Source: Octopus sinensis
Taxonomy: Eukaryota
Length of the DNA: 64,000 bases
Direction: 5' to 3'
NCBI RefSeq assembly: GCF_006345805.1
Contig: NC_043000.1
Span: 45,818,001 to 45,882,000 of the forward strand
The notes under the pieces are model-generated. The model saw only the letters and a program-made list of their open reading frames with translations. It was not told the DNA's origin and ran no database searches. Made by a program: the position numbers and the translations under genes. This document shows, piece after piece, positions 27,411-40,474 of this stretch. The first letter of the stretch is position 1, and each line of letters opens with the position of its first letter.

Positions 27411-27767
27411 AAAGAAAGTTTTGCATCAATTTAAAATGACCGTAAAATCTTAAAACTTCCATTTCTTATATCTAAATAAGTTTTTTTTATTTCTTTCTAT
27501 TTTGAACACCATCTTATTCCCAAAATCGTATTCATATTTGTGGCCTCTATATTTCCTCGGCTTCACCTTTGAGTTTAAATTCAGGTCCTGCTTCTCTAAC
27601 TTTTGGTGTGATGACAGTATTTCATTACTTTTCCAAGCAAATAAATATTTCCCTATGGGTAAGAGACTGGAAATGAATAGCACCGTATGTATGACAGTCA
27701 TGCACATTTACAAGTACTCCATGATATCAAAACAAGGAGACTAACCTCACCACCATTTATACATACA

Positions 27768-28320
27768 TGGTGGCTGCCCCCTCATTATCGAGTATGGCCA
27801 TCGCACGAAGCTTAATCAATGTTCTTATCGTGCAATGCCTGTGCAAGAAGACTTTTTGTAAAGTGAGGAAAGGCTGTGCACTGAGTCAATCTCACTCACT
27901 AAGCAACAGCAGCCATAATCCGAAAAGAAGAACAAGTCAACATCATCGGTAACCACTGAGCCACAGGTTTTATGTCGGAGTTATCCCAGTTACCCGAGTT
28001 ACCTTCTCCTAGAAGGATCCCCTAACAAAGGCTAGGAGTCCTTCACTCCCAATGGTTTAACCGCGTGATCGGGTATTCAGTCCGATTATTTCTATGTCCC
28101 CGCGCATGATACAGCCTTAAGACATTTATTGGATGGCCATTGACTCTCAAGAGTTCCTGCACCCTTTGACGGGTTTTGTTTTTCATCCCGCAGGGTGTCC
28201 AATAAACACCCTCCTCACCAAGCAAGCTTGGTGGGGTTGTCGGTTTAGTCGCCGACGACCCAACCATGCAACAGGTTGTACTGGGTTACATGTTACCAGT
28301 AGCACTTGAAAGTGACCTGA
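27768..28320 (-). mobile_element. Non-autonomous RTE-derived (bipartite) retroposon
   Basis: GC-richer noncoding body ending in a 3' tail nearly identical to that of the RTE LINE at 18121; no tRNA boxes seen. Confidence 0.6.
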
Positions 28321-28429
28321 CATGCATACATACATACATATCATATATAATATGTATGTATGTGTGTGTATGTATAGGTGTAGGTGCAGCTGTGTGGTAA
28401 GAAGCATGCTTCTCCATGCATGCATTGGT

Positions 28430-29900
28430 CAGTGTTTTTTTTTGCACTGCTAGTAGTCACGATGCCATACGCCATATTGTGAATTATTGAACAAGTGAAG
28501 CACAAAAACAAGGTAAGACATTTGTTTTTTAGGGGGATTCAGTGGGGGGTTTGTTGCTCATGTTTATTTATTTTGTTGAACATGAAATCTCCACAGAGTT
28601 CTGGGCAAATTGTCTACCTGTAGTTGTGCTTAGAAGTCTCACTTAACAGTGAGAAGTGTGCTTTGGGGGCATATCTCTTCTCCTATAATTGAGAACCTTG
28701 TGTTTATTTTTTTACCCATTTTTTGGTGAAATTGTGTGACTATTTTGTGCGCTGGATTACCAAGTGGATTACCGAGTTGCCCTGGAGTACCAGGACGGCC
28801 AGAAGAATAGTTTGCTGTGTTTTTTAACTGTTTCTTGTCTTCTTCCTTCCTTCCTGTATTTTTTTTAACTCTTTGAACTTTTACTTTTCTGTGAACTTTT
28901 TTCCCCAAAAATATGGCAAAAAATAGGAACAACACTGTGTTGGAGTGTGAGATTGTCCCACCCAAACAGTGGATGAAAGACTTTGAAGAGAAGACTGTGA
29001 TGTTAAGGACTTACTCAAAGTAGCCCAACACCATTGCCCTCTTTGAAAAGATACCAATTGAAAAAGAGTTGGCAGAGTCCTTCCCAACTATAAAATACAT
29101 CTCCAGTGGGGTCAAGTATACAACGGTGTGGTTGCTGTTTGACACCCCTGAGGAGGCTCGCAAACTTGTGAGCCAGCCCTTAGAGGGCAAAGATATTTTG
29201 TTTCTTCCCATGTATTGTGGGAAGAAGTTGACAAGAGCTTGGTCTGTGGGTTGCCACCTGGGATAGAACCCGAGTGGATAGAAGACACTATCCACCGGGG
29301 TCTGGGTGGCAGCGGATCCAAGCTGCTCAATGTTAAAATATTGCCAGTGGCTGATTGGGCTGGGTCAAAAGGTGTTTTGACCCTGTGGACCCAATCAGCT
29401 AAGAATCTGGTCTTTCCAGATTTTTTTAAATGGCCGGTTGCAGGCACCCAGTAATACTTGAGGGATGCCCCCCCCCCCCAAGTGCCACCTGTGCCTGGAA
29501 CCAGGCTACATTAAAAAGAACTGTCCCTAGGACCAGAGTAGGGTCCTGGAATTGTTGATTTAGGAAGAGCTCCCCTCTCCTCCATCGGAGGGAGAGATGG
29601 AGGCAGTCGAGGAGGTGGAGACCTCCTCGAAAAAAAGGGGAAAACAAGGAAGAATGTGGGCAACAATTGTTGCCCACTGAAGGACCGCAAAGCTGCAGGA
29701 GGGAGGAATGATCCTCCAGTTAAAGTAGAGGAACTACACTCTCCCGTATCAAAGATGAGAAAAAAGAAGAAATAGAATGGGACTGCACTGGTGGTTAGCA
29801 GTACACAGCTGGCATGTCCTGAAACCTTGTCAGTGGGAATTGTGCCACCGATGGAGGAAATTGTGGCCCTACCACTATCTTAAATAAAGCATGTTGAATA
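28430..29900 (+). mobile_element. L1/Tx1-like LINE 5' region with degenerate ORF1 (zinc knuckle)
   Basis: Frameshifted ORF1-like text VWLLFDTPEEARKL...VCGLPPGIEPEWI...PPKCHLCLEPGYIKKNCP (CX2CX4[H>Y]X4C) followed by a K/E-rich linker; no ORF2 follows. Confidence 0.6.
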
Positions 29901-30019
29901 AATGTTATGTTGAATAAATAATACCCAAAATTTATATACATACATAATACCCATTATTTTTCAACTTCCACTTTTGTTATATATATATGTATGTACATAT
30001 GTATGTGTGTGTGCGTGTA

Positions 30020-31272
30020 CAGGGATTGGACAAAATAATGGAAACATCTAGCATCATAGTATCATAATTTTGAAATATCTATAAAACTGGCAAATGCTTG
30101 TTAATTTTTATGCTTTTTTATTATTAGTGTTGCTTAAAATGTTTTGCTAAAATTGCTGTTTCTTGTCAGATATAATCAGAAAAAGGTAATTAAAATTCAT
30201 TATAATGACAGATCTATCGGACTTTCAAAGAGGTCAAATTGTTGGTGCTCGTATGGCAGGCACTAGCAAAATGAAAACAACTGAAATGTACTGTTTCAAA
30301 AGTAATGAAAGCCTTTGAGAAAGAGGGAAAATCCCCTTGTTGAAACAAAACTTCAAAAGAAAGCCAAAACATTCTGATAGGGACCATCAGACTCTTATGC
30401 AAATTGGTAGAAAGGATCACAAAAGTTCAGCTGCCAAAATTACTGCAGAGCTTAATGACCTCTTCTAGAACCCAGTTTCCACAAAAACTGTTTGCTGGGA
30501 GCTGCACAAGGGTGGATTTCATGGAAGGGCTGCAATCAGAAAACCACTACATTCAAAAACAAACGTTGCAAAGCATTTAGAGTGGAGTAAAAACCTACAG
30601 AATTGATCCTTACAGCAGTGGAAGAATGTCATTTTCTTGGACGAGTCATCTGTTACCCTATTTCTGACCACTGGCTAAGCATACATGTGAAGACAGCTAA
30701 AAGAAGCATTTGACCCACACTGCCTTCTTCTAACAGTTAAACATAGAAGATGATCTGTGATGATCGGGGGTGGGGGTGGGGGCTATATATTGGAAATCTG
30801 CTGGCCCAATGGCTTCCTTTTATGGCAGAATTAATAGTCAAGACTATTTAAGCATTTCATCTGATCAAATTCATCCTATGGTTGTGGAACTGTTTCCAGA
30901 GGGAAACGTAATCTTTCAGGATAATAATGCACCAATTCACACAGATAAAGTTGTTACTGAATGGCATGAGGAACATTCTAGTGAAGTTGAACATCTTATC
31001 TGACCACCACAGTCCCCAGATCTCAATATTATTGAACATTTACGGAGCATTTTAGAAAAACATGTTTAGGGTCAATATCCTTGACCATTATAACTACAAG
31101 AACTGTAGACTGTTTTAGCTGAAGAATGTTTCCTTTGGAAACAATTAAAACTTAGTACAAGTCCATACCTCATAGAATTCAAGCTGTAATTACTGTCAAA
31201 GGATATCCTACCCCATGTTAAAATAAATTTGTTTGAAATTGTAAGGTGTTTCCATTATTTTGTCAATCCCTG
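30020..31272 (+). mobile_element. Near full-length Tc1-like transposon, inactivated
   Basis: TA-flanked ~27-bp TIRs CAGGGATTG(G)ACAAAATAATGGAAACA; MTDLSDFQRGQIVGARMAG, VIFLDES, IFQDNNAPIH and PPQSPDLNIIEHL (DD34E type); stops and frameshifts. Confidence 0.93.
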
Positions 31273-31687
31273 TATATATATTCAACACATGCAACCATTA
31301 GTCCAGAAAAATTATTTTTCTCTTCTCTTTTTTCCTCTCTCCGTCTGTCTTCTCTTTACTTTTATCCTCTCCCCATCTATTTTCTCATATTTTCTCTCCC
31401 CATTCCTTTATCTAGGAATGTGTTGGCTCCAAACATTAAAGACTTTTTCCATTTTATCTGAGTGTCAAACTAATACACTCTGTTTGTTGTTCCGTCACCT
31501 ATCTCTATTTTTATTTTTTGTGATGTTTGCATCATTTGAAACCACATACACGCGCACACACATGCACAAACACACACACACACCATAAGAGGAGACAACT
31601 TCTCAGAGGAAGGTGTGATTTCTAGTACAGGTAACAGAAGCTACTGTGGATCTTGTCATTAAAACAAACTTGTGAAATCTATATATA

Positions 31688-34600
31688 TGATGAGGTATCC
31701 AAAAGTAACCAGGAACTTCTCTGTGGGACAAGCCCCATGCAGTTCAGGCTTCCAACGCTAGAAGCCATTTGATGCAGTCCTCGGGCATCAGTCTATTGAC
31801 CTGCGTTGTTGACTGATGTCCTGCTGCCACACAGCATGTCTCTGTTTTGCTGTGCTTCTCCCCTGTTTGTAAATTTTTGTGATGTCTGAAATGAAAGAAC
31901 AACATGCTTCTATGAGATTCTGTTTTCTGGTGGAGAAAACAGGGGCTGAAACAGTTGTAATGAATCAAACAGCTTACAAGGATGCTGCCATGCGCAAAAC
32001 ATAAATATACACATGGTTTTTACACTTTAGGAATGGTCTCTTATCACTTGAAGACCAACCTCATTCCGAATGGCTGCTGACTTCTCGAAAAATGAAAACA
32101 TCACAAAACTTTCTGAACTAATCCCCGAGGACCATCACTGACGAAATTGATGAAGTAATTGATATGATTGGTGTCTCCTGAAGTTCTAGCCAATGAATTG
32201 TGATAGAGGAATTGTAGATGGAAAGAGTTGCAGCAAAATTTGTGCCACACTTGCTCACAGAAGATCAAATGCAGACATGACTGAATGCATGTTGTGAAGA
32301 TCAAACGCAGTCATAACAAAATGCATTTTGTGAAATGAATGCATGTTGTGAAGATCAAAAGCAGTCATGACTGAATGCATATTGTAAAATGAATGCATGT
32401 TGTGGAGATCAAAAGCAGTGATGACTGAATGCATGTTGTAAAGGTGAAAAGCAGTCATGACTGAAAGCATGTCGTGAAATGAATGCATGTTGTGCAGATC
32501 AAACGCAGTCATAACTGAATGCATGTCGTGAAATGAATGCATGTTGTGTAGATCAAAAGCAGTCATGACTGAATGCAAGTCGTGAAATGAATGCATGTGT
32601 GAAATGAATGCATGTTGTGTAGATCAAAAGCAGTTATAAAAAAATGCAAGATGTGAAATGAAGGAATGTTGCGAAGATCAAAAGCAGTCATAACTGAATG
32701 CATGTTGTGAAGATCAAAAGCAGTCATAACTGAATGCATGTTGTGAAATGAATGCAAGTTGTGAAGATGAAAAGCAGTCATGACTGAATGCATGTGTGAA
32801 GATCAAAAGCAGTCATAACTAAATGCATGTTGTGAAATGAATGCATGTTGTGTAGATCAAAAGCAGTCATGACTGAATGCAAGTCGTGAAATGAATGCAT
32901 GTTGTGTAGATCAAAAGCAGTTGTAAATAAATGCAAGATGTGAAATGAATGAATGTTGCGAAGATCAAAAGCAGTCATAACTGAATGCATGTTGTGAAGA
33001 TCAAAAGCAGTCATAACTGAATGGATGTTGTGAAATGAATGCATGTTGTGTAAATCGAAAGCAGTCATAACTAAATGCATGTTGTGAAATGAATGCATGT
33101 TGAGAAGATCAAAAGCAGTCATGACTGAACGCATGTTCTGATGATTAAAAGCAGTCATGACTGAATGCATGTTGCGAAATGAATGCATATTGTGATGATC
33201 ATAAGCAGTCATGACTGAATGCATGTTGTGAAGTTCAAAAGCAGTAATGACTGAATGCATGTTGTGAAATGCATGCACGTTGTGAAGATGAAAAGCAGTC
33301 ATGACTGAAAGCATGTCGTGAAATGAATGCATGTTGTGTAGATCAAAAGCAGTCATGACTGAATGCAAGTCGTGAAATGAATGCATGTTGTGTAGATCAA
33401 AAGCAGTTATAAAAAAATGCAAGATGTGAAATGAAGGAATGTTGCGAAGATCAAAAGCAGTCATAACTGAATGCATGTTGTGAAGATCAAAAGCAGTCAT
33501 AACTGAATGCATGTTGTGAAATGAATGCAAGTTGTGAAGATGAAAAGCAGTCATGACTGAATGCATGTTGTGAAGAAGAAAAGCAGTCGTAACTCAATGC
33601 ATGTCGTGAAATGAATGTATGTTGTGTAGATCAAAAGCAGTCATGACTGAATGCAAGTCGTGAAATGAATGCATGTTGTGTAGCTCAAAAGCAGTTGTAA
33701 ATAAATGCAAGATGTGAAATGAATGAATGTTGCGAAGATCAAAAGCAGTCATAACTGAATGCATGTTGTGAAGATCAAAAGCAGTCATAACTGAATGGAT
33801 GTTGTGAAATGAATGCATGTTGTGTAAATCAAAAGCAGTCATAACTAAATGCATGTTGTGAAATGAATGCATGTTGAGAAGATCAAAAGCAGTCTTGACT
33901 GAATACATGTAGTGAAGATAATAAGCAGTCATGACTGAATGCATGTTGTGAAATGAATGCATGTTGTGAAGATCGAAAGCAGTAATGACTGAATGCATGT
34001 TGTGAAATGAATGCATGTTGTGAAATGAATGCATGTTGTGAAGATCAAAAGCAGTCATGACTGAACGCATGTTCTGATGATTAAAAGCAGTCATGACTGA
34101 ATGCATGTTGCGAAATGAATGCATATTGTGATGATCATAAGCAGTCATGACTGAATGCATGTTGTGAAGTTCAAAAGCAGTAATGACTGAATGCATGTTG
34201 TGAAATGCATGCACGTTGTGAAGATGAAAAGCAGTCATGACTGAATGCATGTTGTGAAATGAATGCATGTTGTGAAGATCAAAAGGAGTCATGACTGAAT
34301 GCCTGTTGTGAAATGAATGCATGTTGTGAAATGCAAAAGCAGACATAACTGAGTGCATGTTGTGAAGATCAAAAGTGGTCATAACTGAATGCATTTTGTG
34401 AAATGAATGCATGTTGTGAAAATCAAAAGCAGTCATGACTGAATGCATATTGTAAAATGAATGCATGTTGTGGAGATCAAAAGCAGTGATGACTGAATGC
34501 ATGTTGTAAAGGTGAAAAGCAGTCATGACTGAAAGCATGTCGTGAAATGAATGCATGTTGTGCAGATCAAACGCAGTCATAACTGAATGCATGTCGTGAA

Positions 34601-37600
34601 ATGAATGCATGTTGTGTAGATCAAAAGCAGTCATGACTGAATGCAAGTCGTGAAATGAATGCATGTTGTGTAGATCAAAAGCAGTTATAAAAAAATGCAA
34701 GATGTGAAATGAAGGAATGTTGCGAAGATCAAAAGCAGTCATGACTGAATGTATGTTGCGAAGACCAAAAGTAGTCATAATTCAATGCATGTTGTGAAGA
34801 TCAAAAGCAGTCATAACTGAATGCATGTTGTGAAATGAATGCAAGTTGTGAAGATGAAAAGCAGTCATGACTGAATGCATGTTGTGAAGAAGAAAAGCAG
34901 TCGTAACTCAATGCATGTCGTGAAATGAATGTATGTTGTGTAGATCAAAAGCAGTCATGACTGAATGCAAGTCGTGAAATGAATGCATGTTGTGTAGATC
35001 AAAAGCAGTTGTAAATAAATGCAAGATGTGAAATGAATGAATGTTGCGAAGATCAAAAGCAGTCATAACTGAATGCATGTTGTGAAGATCAAAAGCAGTC
35101 ATAACTGAATGGATGTTGTGAAATGAATGCATGTTGTGTAAATCGAAAGCAGTCATAACTAAATGCATGTTGTGAAATGAATGCATGTTGAGAAGATCAA
35201 AAGCAGTCATGACTGAACGCATGTTCTGATGATTAAAAGCAGTCATGACTGAATGCATGTTGCGAAATGAATGCATATTGTGATGATCATAAGCAGTCAT
35301 GACTGAATGCATGTTGTGAAGTTCAAAAGCAGTAATGACTGAATGCATGTTGTGAAATGCATGCACGTTGTGAAGATGAAAAGCAGTCATGACTGAAAGC
35401 ATGTCGTGAAATGAATGCATGTTGTGTAGATCAAAAGCAGTCATGACTGAATGCAAGTCGTGAAATGAATGCATGTTGTGTAGATCAAAAGCAGTTATAA
35501 AAAAATGCAAGATGTGAAATGAAGGAATGTTGCGAAGATCAAAAGCAGTCATAACTGAATGCATGTTGTGAAGATCAAAAGCAGTCATAACTGAATGCAT
35601 GTTGTGAAATGAATGCAAGTTGTGAAGATGAAAAGCAGTCATGACTGAATGCATGTTGTGAAGAAGAAAAGCAGTCGTAACTCAATGCATGTCGTGAAAT
35701 GAATGTATGTTGTGTAGATCAAAAGCAGTCATGACTGAATGCAAGTCGTGAAATGAATGCATGTTGTGTAGCTCAAAAGCAGTTGTAAATAAATGCAAGA
35801 TGTGAAATGAATGAATGTTGCGAAGATCAAAAGCAGTCATAACTGAATGCATGTTGTGAAGATCAAAAGCAGTCATAACTGAATGGATGTTGTGAAATGA
35901 ATGCATGTTGTGTAAATCAAAAGCAGTCATAACTAAATGCATGTTGTGAAATGAATGCATGTTGAGAAGATCAAAAGCAGTCTTGACTGAATACATGTAG
36001 TGAAGATAATAAGCAGTCATGACTGAATGCATGTTGTGAAATGAATGCATGTTGTGAAGATCGAAAGCAGTAATGACTGAATGCATGTTGTGAAATGAAT
36101 GCATGTTGTGAAGATCAAAAGCAGTCATGACTGAACGCATGTTCTGATGATTAAAAGCAGTCATGACTGAATGCATGTTGCGAAATGAATGCATATTGTG
36201 ATGATCATAAGCAGTCATGACTGAATGCATGTTGTGAAGTTCAAAAGCAGTAATGACTGAATGCATGTTGTGAAATGCATGCACGTTGTGAAGATGAAAA
36301 GCAGTCATGACTGAATGCATGTTGTGAAATGAATGCATGTTGTGAAGATCAAAAGGAGTCATGACTGAATGCCTGTTGTGAAATGAATGCATGCTGTGAA
36401 ATTCAAAAGCAGACATAACTGAGTGCATGTTGTGAAGATCAAAAGTGGTCATAACTGAATGCATTTTGTGATATGAATGCATGTTGTGAAGATCAAAGGC
36501 AGTCATGACTGAATGCATGTTGTGAAATGAATGCATGTTGTGAAGATCAAAAGCAGTCTTGACTGAATGCATGTTCTGATGATTAAAAGAATTCATGACT
36601 GAATGCATGTTGTGAAATGAATGCATGTTGTGATGATCAAAAGCAGTCATGACTGAATGCATGTTATGAAATGAATGCATGTTGTGAAGATCAAAAGCAG
36701 TCATGACTGAATGTATGTTGCGAAGACCAAAAGTAGTCATAATTCAATGCATGTTGTGAAATGAATGCATGTTTTGAAGATGAGACGCAGTCATGACTGA
36801 ATGCATGTTGTGAAATAAATGCATGTTGTGAAGATCAAAAGCAGTCATGACTGAATGCATGTTGTAAAATGAATGCATGTTGTGAAAATCAAAAGCAGTC
36901 TTGACTGAATGCATATTCTGATGATTAAAAGCAGTCATGACTGAATGCATGTTGTGAAATGAATGCATGTTGTGAAATGAATGCCTGTTGTGATGATCAA
37001 AAGCAGTCATGGCTGAATGCATGTTGTGAAGTTCAAAAGCAGTCATGATTGAATGCATGTTGTGAAATGAATGCATGTTGTGAAGATCAAAAGCAGTCAT
37101 AACTGAATGCATGTTGTGAATATCAAAAGTGGTCATAACTGAATGCATGTTGTGAAATTATTGCATGTTGTGAAGATCAAAAGTGGTCATAACTGAATGC
37201 ATGTTGTGAAGATCAGAAGCAGTTATGACTGAATGCATTTTGTTAAATGAATGCATTTTGTGAAGATCAAAAGCAGTCATGACTGAATGCATGTTGTGAA
37301 ATGGATGCATGTTGTGAAGATGAAAAGCATTCGTGACTTTATGCATTTTGTGAAATGAATGCATGTTGTGAAGATCAGAAGCAGTCATGACTGAATGCAT
37401 GTTGTGAAATAAGTGCATGTTGTGAAGATGAAAAGCAGTCATTACTGCATGCATGTCGTGAAATGAATGCATGTTGCGAAGATCAAAATCAGTCATAACT
37501 GAATGCATGTCGTGAAATGAATGCATGTTGTGAAGATCAAAAGCAGTCATGGCTGAATGCATGTTGTGAAATGAATGCATGCTGTGAAGATCAAGAGCAG

Positions 37601-39770
37601 TCATGACTGAATGCATGTTGTGAAATGAATGCATGTTGTGAAGATCAAAAGCAGTCATAACTGAATGCATGTCGTGAAATGAATGCATGTTGTGAAATGA
37701 ATGCATGTTGTGAAAATCAAAAGCAGTCATAACTGCATGGATGTTGTGATGATCAAAAGCAGTCATGGCTGAATGCATGTTGTGAAGTTCAAAAGCAGTT
37801 ATGACTGAATGCATTTTGTGAAATGAATGCATTTTGTGAAGATCAAAAGCAGTCATGACTGAATGCATGTTGTGAAATGAATGCATGTTGTGAAATGAAT
37901 GCATGTTGTGAAGATGAAAAGCAATCGTGACTTTATGCATTTTGTGAAATGAATGCATGTTGTGAAGATCAAAAGCAGTCATGACTGAATGCATGTTGTG
38001 AAATAAATGCATGTTGTGAAGATGAAAAGCAGTCATGACTGAATGCATGTTGTGAAATGAATGCATGTGGCGAAGATCAAAATCAGTCATAACTGAATGC
38101 ATGTCGTGAAATGAATGCATGTTGTGAAGATCAAAAGAAGTCATGGCTGAATGCATGTTGTGAAATGAATGCATGCTGTGAAGATCAAGATCAGTCATGA
38201 CTGAATGCATGTTGTGAAATGAATGCATGTTGTGAAGATCAAAAGCAGTCATAACTGAATGCATGTCGTGAAATGAATGCATGTTGTGAAATGAATGCAT
38301 GTTGTGAAAATCAAAAGCAGTCATAACTGCATGCATGTTGTGAAGATCAAAACCAGTCATGACTGAATGCAAATTGTGGAGATCAAAAGCAGTCATAACT
38401 GAATGTATGTTGTGAAATGAATGCATGCTGTGAAGATCAAAAGCAGTCATGTCTCATTGCATGTTGTGAAGATCAAAAGCTGTCATGACTGAATGCCTGT
38501 TGTGAAATTAATGCATGTTGTGAAGATCAAAAGCAGTCATGACTGAATGCATGTTGTGAAATGAATGCATGTTTTGAAGATCAAAAGGAGTCATGACTGA
38601 ATGCCTGTTGTGAAATGAATGCATGTTGTGAAATGAATGCATGTTGTGAAAATCAAAAGCAGTCATAACTGCATGCATGTTGTGAAGATCAAAAGCAGTC
38701 ATGACTGAATGCATGTTGCGAAATGAATGCATGTTGTAAAATATATATATGTTGTAAAGATCAAAAGTGGTCATAACTGCATGCATGTTGTGAAGATCAA
38801 AGTCAGTCATGACTGAATGCATGTTGTGAAATAAATGCATGTTGTGAAGATCAAAAGAAGTCATGACTGAATGCATGTTGTGAAGATCAAAAGTGGTCAT
38901 AACTGAATGCATGTTGTGAAATGAATGCATGTTGTGAAGATCAAAAGCAGTCATGACTGAATGCATGTTGTGAAATGAATGCATGTTGTGAAGATCAAAA
39001 GCAGTCTTGACTGAATGCATTTGGTGAAATGAATGCATGTTGCGAAGATGAAAAACAGTTGTGACTGAATGCATGTTGTGTTTGGGCCTTATTCTGAAGG
39101 TCATCACTGGTGATGAAAGCTGCTGTTATAGCTTTGATCCGGAAACAAATCAAAAATCAAGTCAATGGAAGCATTCGGTGTCACCATACCCTCAGTAAAA
39201 CTTGTCAATTGAAGTTCAATATGAAGATGATGCTTAATTGTTTCATCGGTGTGTAAGGAATTGTCTATACAGAATTTGTTCCTCCTAGTCAAACTCTTAA
39301 CCAGACATTTTGCCTTGGCAATTCTGAAGCATTTGCAAGACATGGTGAGACGAAAACACCCCAAGCTGTGACAAAGTTGACAGTAGTGGTGTCATCACGA
39401 CAATACACCTGCACACACCACCTTGAGCAAGAGATAGTTTTTGACCAAAAATGGCATGACCCCACTTACCCACCCCCTCTATTCATCCTGTCTTTGCTTC
39501 CTTCAACTTTTTTTTGTTCCTTCAAATGAAAAAATTCTTAAAGGAAAATTTTTTGCAGATGTGGAAGAGGGTGAAGAAAAAAATGAGAGAGGTGTTAAAA
39601 GGCATCACTTTGCAAGAGTTTTAGGCCTGCTTCAAACAGGGGAAATCACATCTGGTCCAATGTATTGCTTCAAATGGAGAATACTTTGAAGGCGGTAACT
39701 GTATAAACATGTAAAACTAAGTGAATAAAATAATATTGCAAAATTCTGGTCTCTTTTGAGTACTATCTAC
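31688..39770 (+). mobile_element. Mariner transposon (~1.27 kb of element) split by an internal 6.8-kb satellite
   Basis: Degenerate TA-flanked TIRs; left part MSEMKEQHASMRFCF...MERVAAKFVPHLLTEDQ; right part KVITGDESCCYSFDPETNQKSSQWK...HHDNTPAH...THPLYSS...GEYFEG. Confidence 0.92.
32260..39080. repeat. Complex minisatellite/satellite of 36-bp and 18-bp units with higher-order duplications
   Basis: Units GAAGATCAAAAGCAGTCATGACTGAATGCATGTTGT and GAAATGAATGCATGTTGT; diagnostic variants recur at offsets 594, 774, 1314 and 2070-2088 bp (all multiples of 18). Confidence 0.98.
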
Positions 39771-40474
39771 TATATTTCTTTCAGTTAACATGGCAACCAT
39801 ATACATATGTAGAACCTAACTATGTTTGTATTTGACATGCACAATGCTCCGCTCTATCTTATTGTTCATGTTCATAATCAGTGACAATATATTTCTTCTA
39901 ATTCTATATACACTGATCGCCCTTAGACATGCTTAGAAGCATATATTTCACTGTGGCTGTCTAAAACCAAAACATGTCTTTTACTTTCACTAGTTGGCTT
40001 CAAAGGTTAGGCCAAATACATTCTGATCTGCATTGTTTATATAGTCAAAATGTTTCACTCAACTGACCTTCTAGAAATTATTTCTCAAAGTTGCTCTTAG
40101 ATTTTAAACACACTTAATGGGAAATTTTCTCAACTGATTGCTTAGATAAACTCAGTTTGATGTTTTCAAACTCACCGTTTTTGAGACCCTACCTTATTTG
40201 CCTTTAGTATTTTCTTTCAGCCATATCAATGGAATCAAAGCCTCTTAGTTTCTTTTTGAAGTCGATATTCTGAGATTGTTGAGATTTTTCATAATGGCTT
40301 TTAATTCTTATAAATATTTTACTTGTGTCAGTCATTAGACTGTGGTCATGCTGGGGCACTGCCTTGAAGAATTTTAATTGAAGGAATTGACCACAGTACT
40401 TATTCTTTAAAGCCTGTTACTAATTCTATCAGTCTTTTATGCAGAATCTAAAATTAGGTGCAGAACCCAAAATA

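Noticed and set aside
32260-39080. 36-bp repeat with a palindrome as a CRISPR array
   Set aside because: No unique spacers, units are contiguous, no cas genes, and the context is eukaryotic; the unit derives from mariner coding sequence
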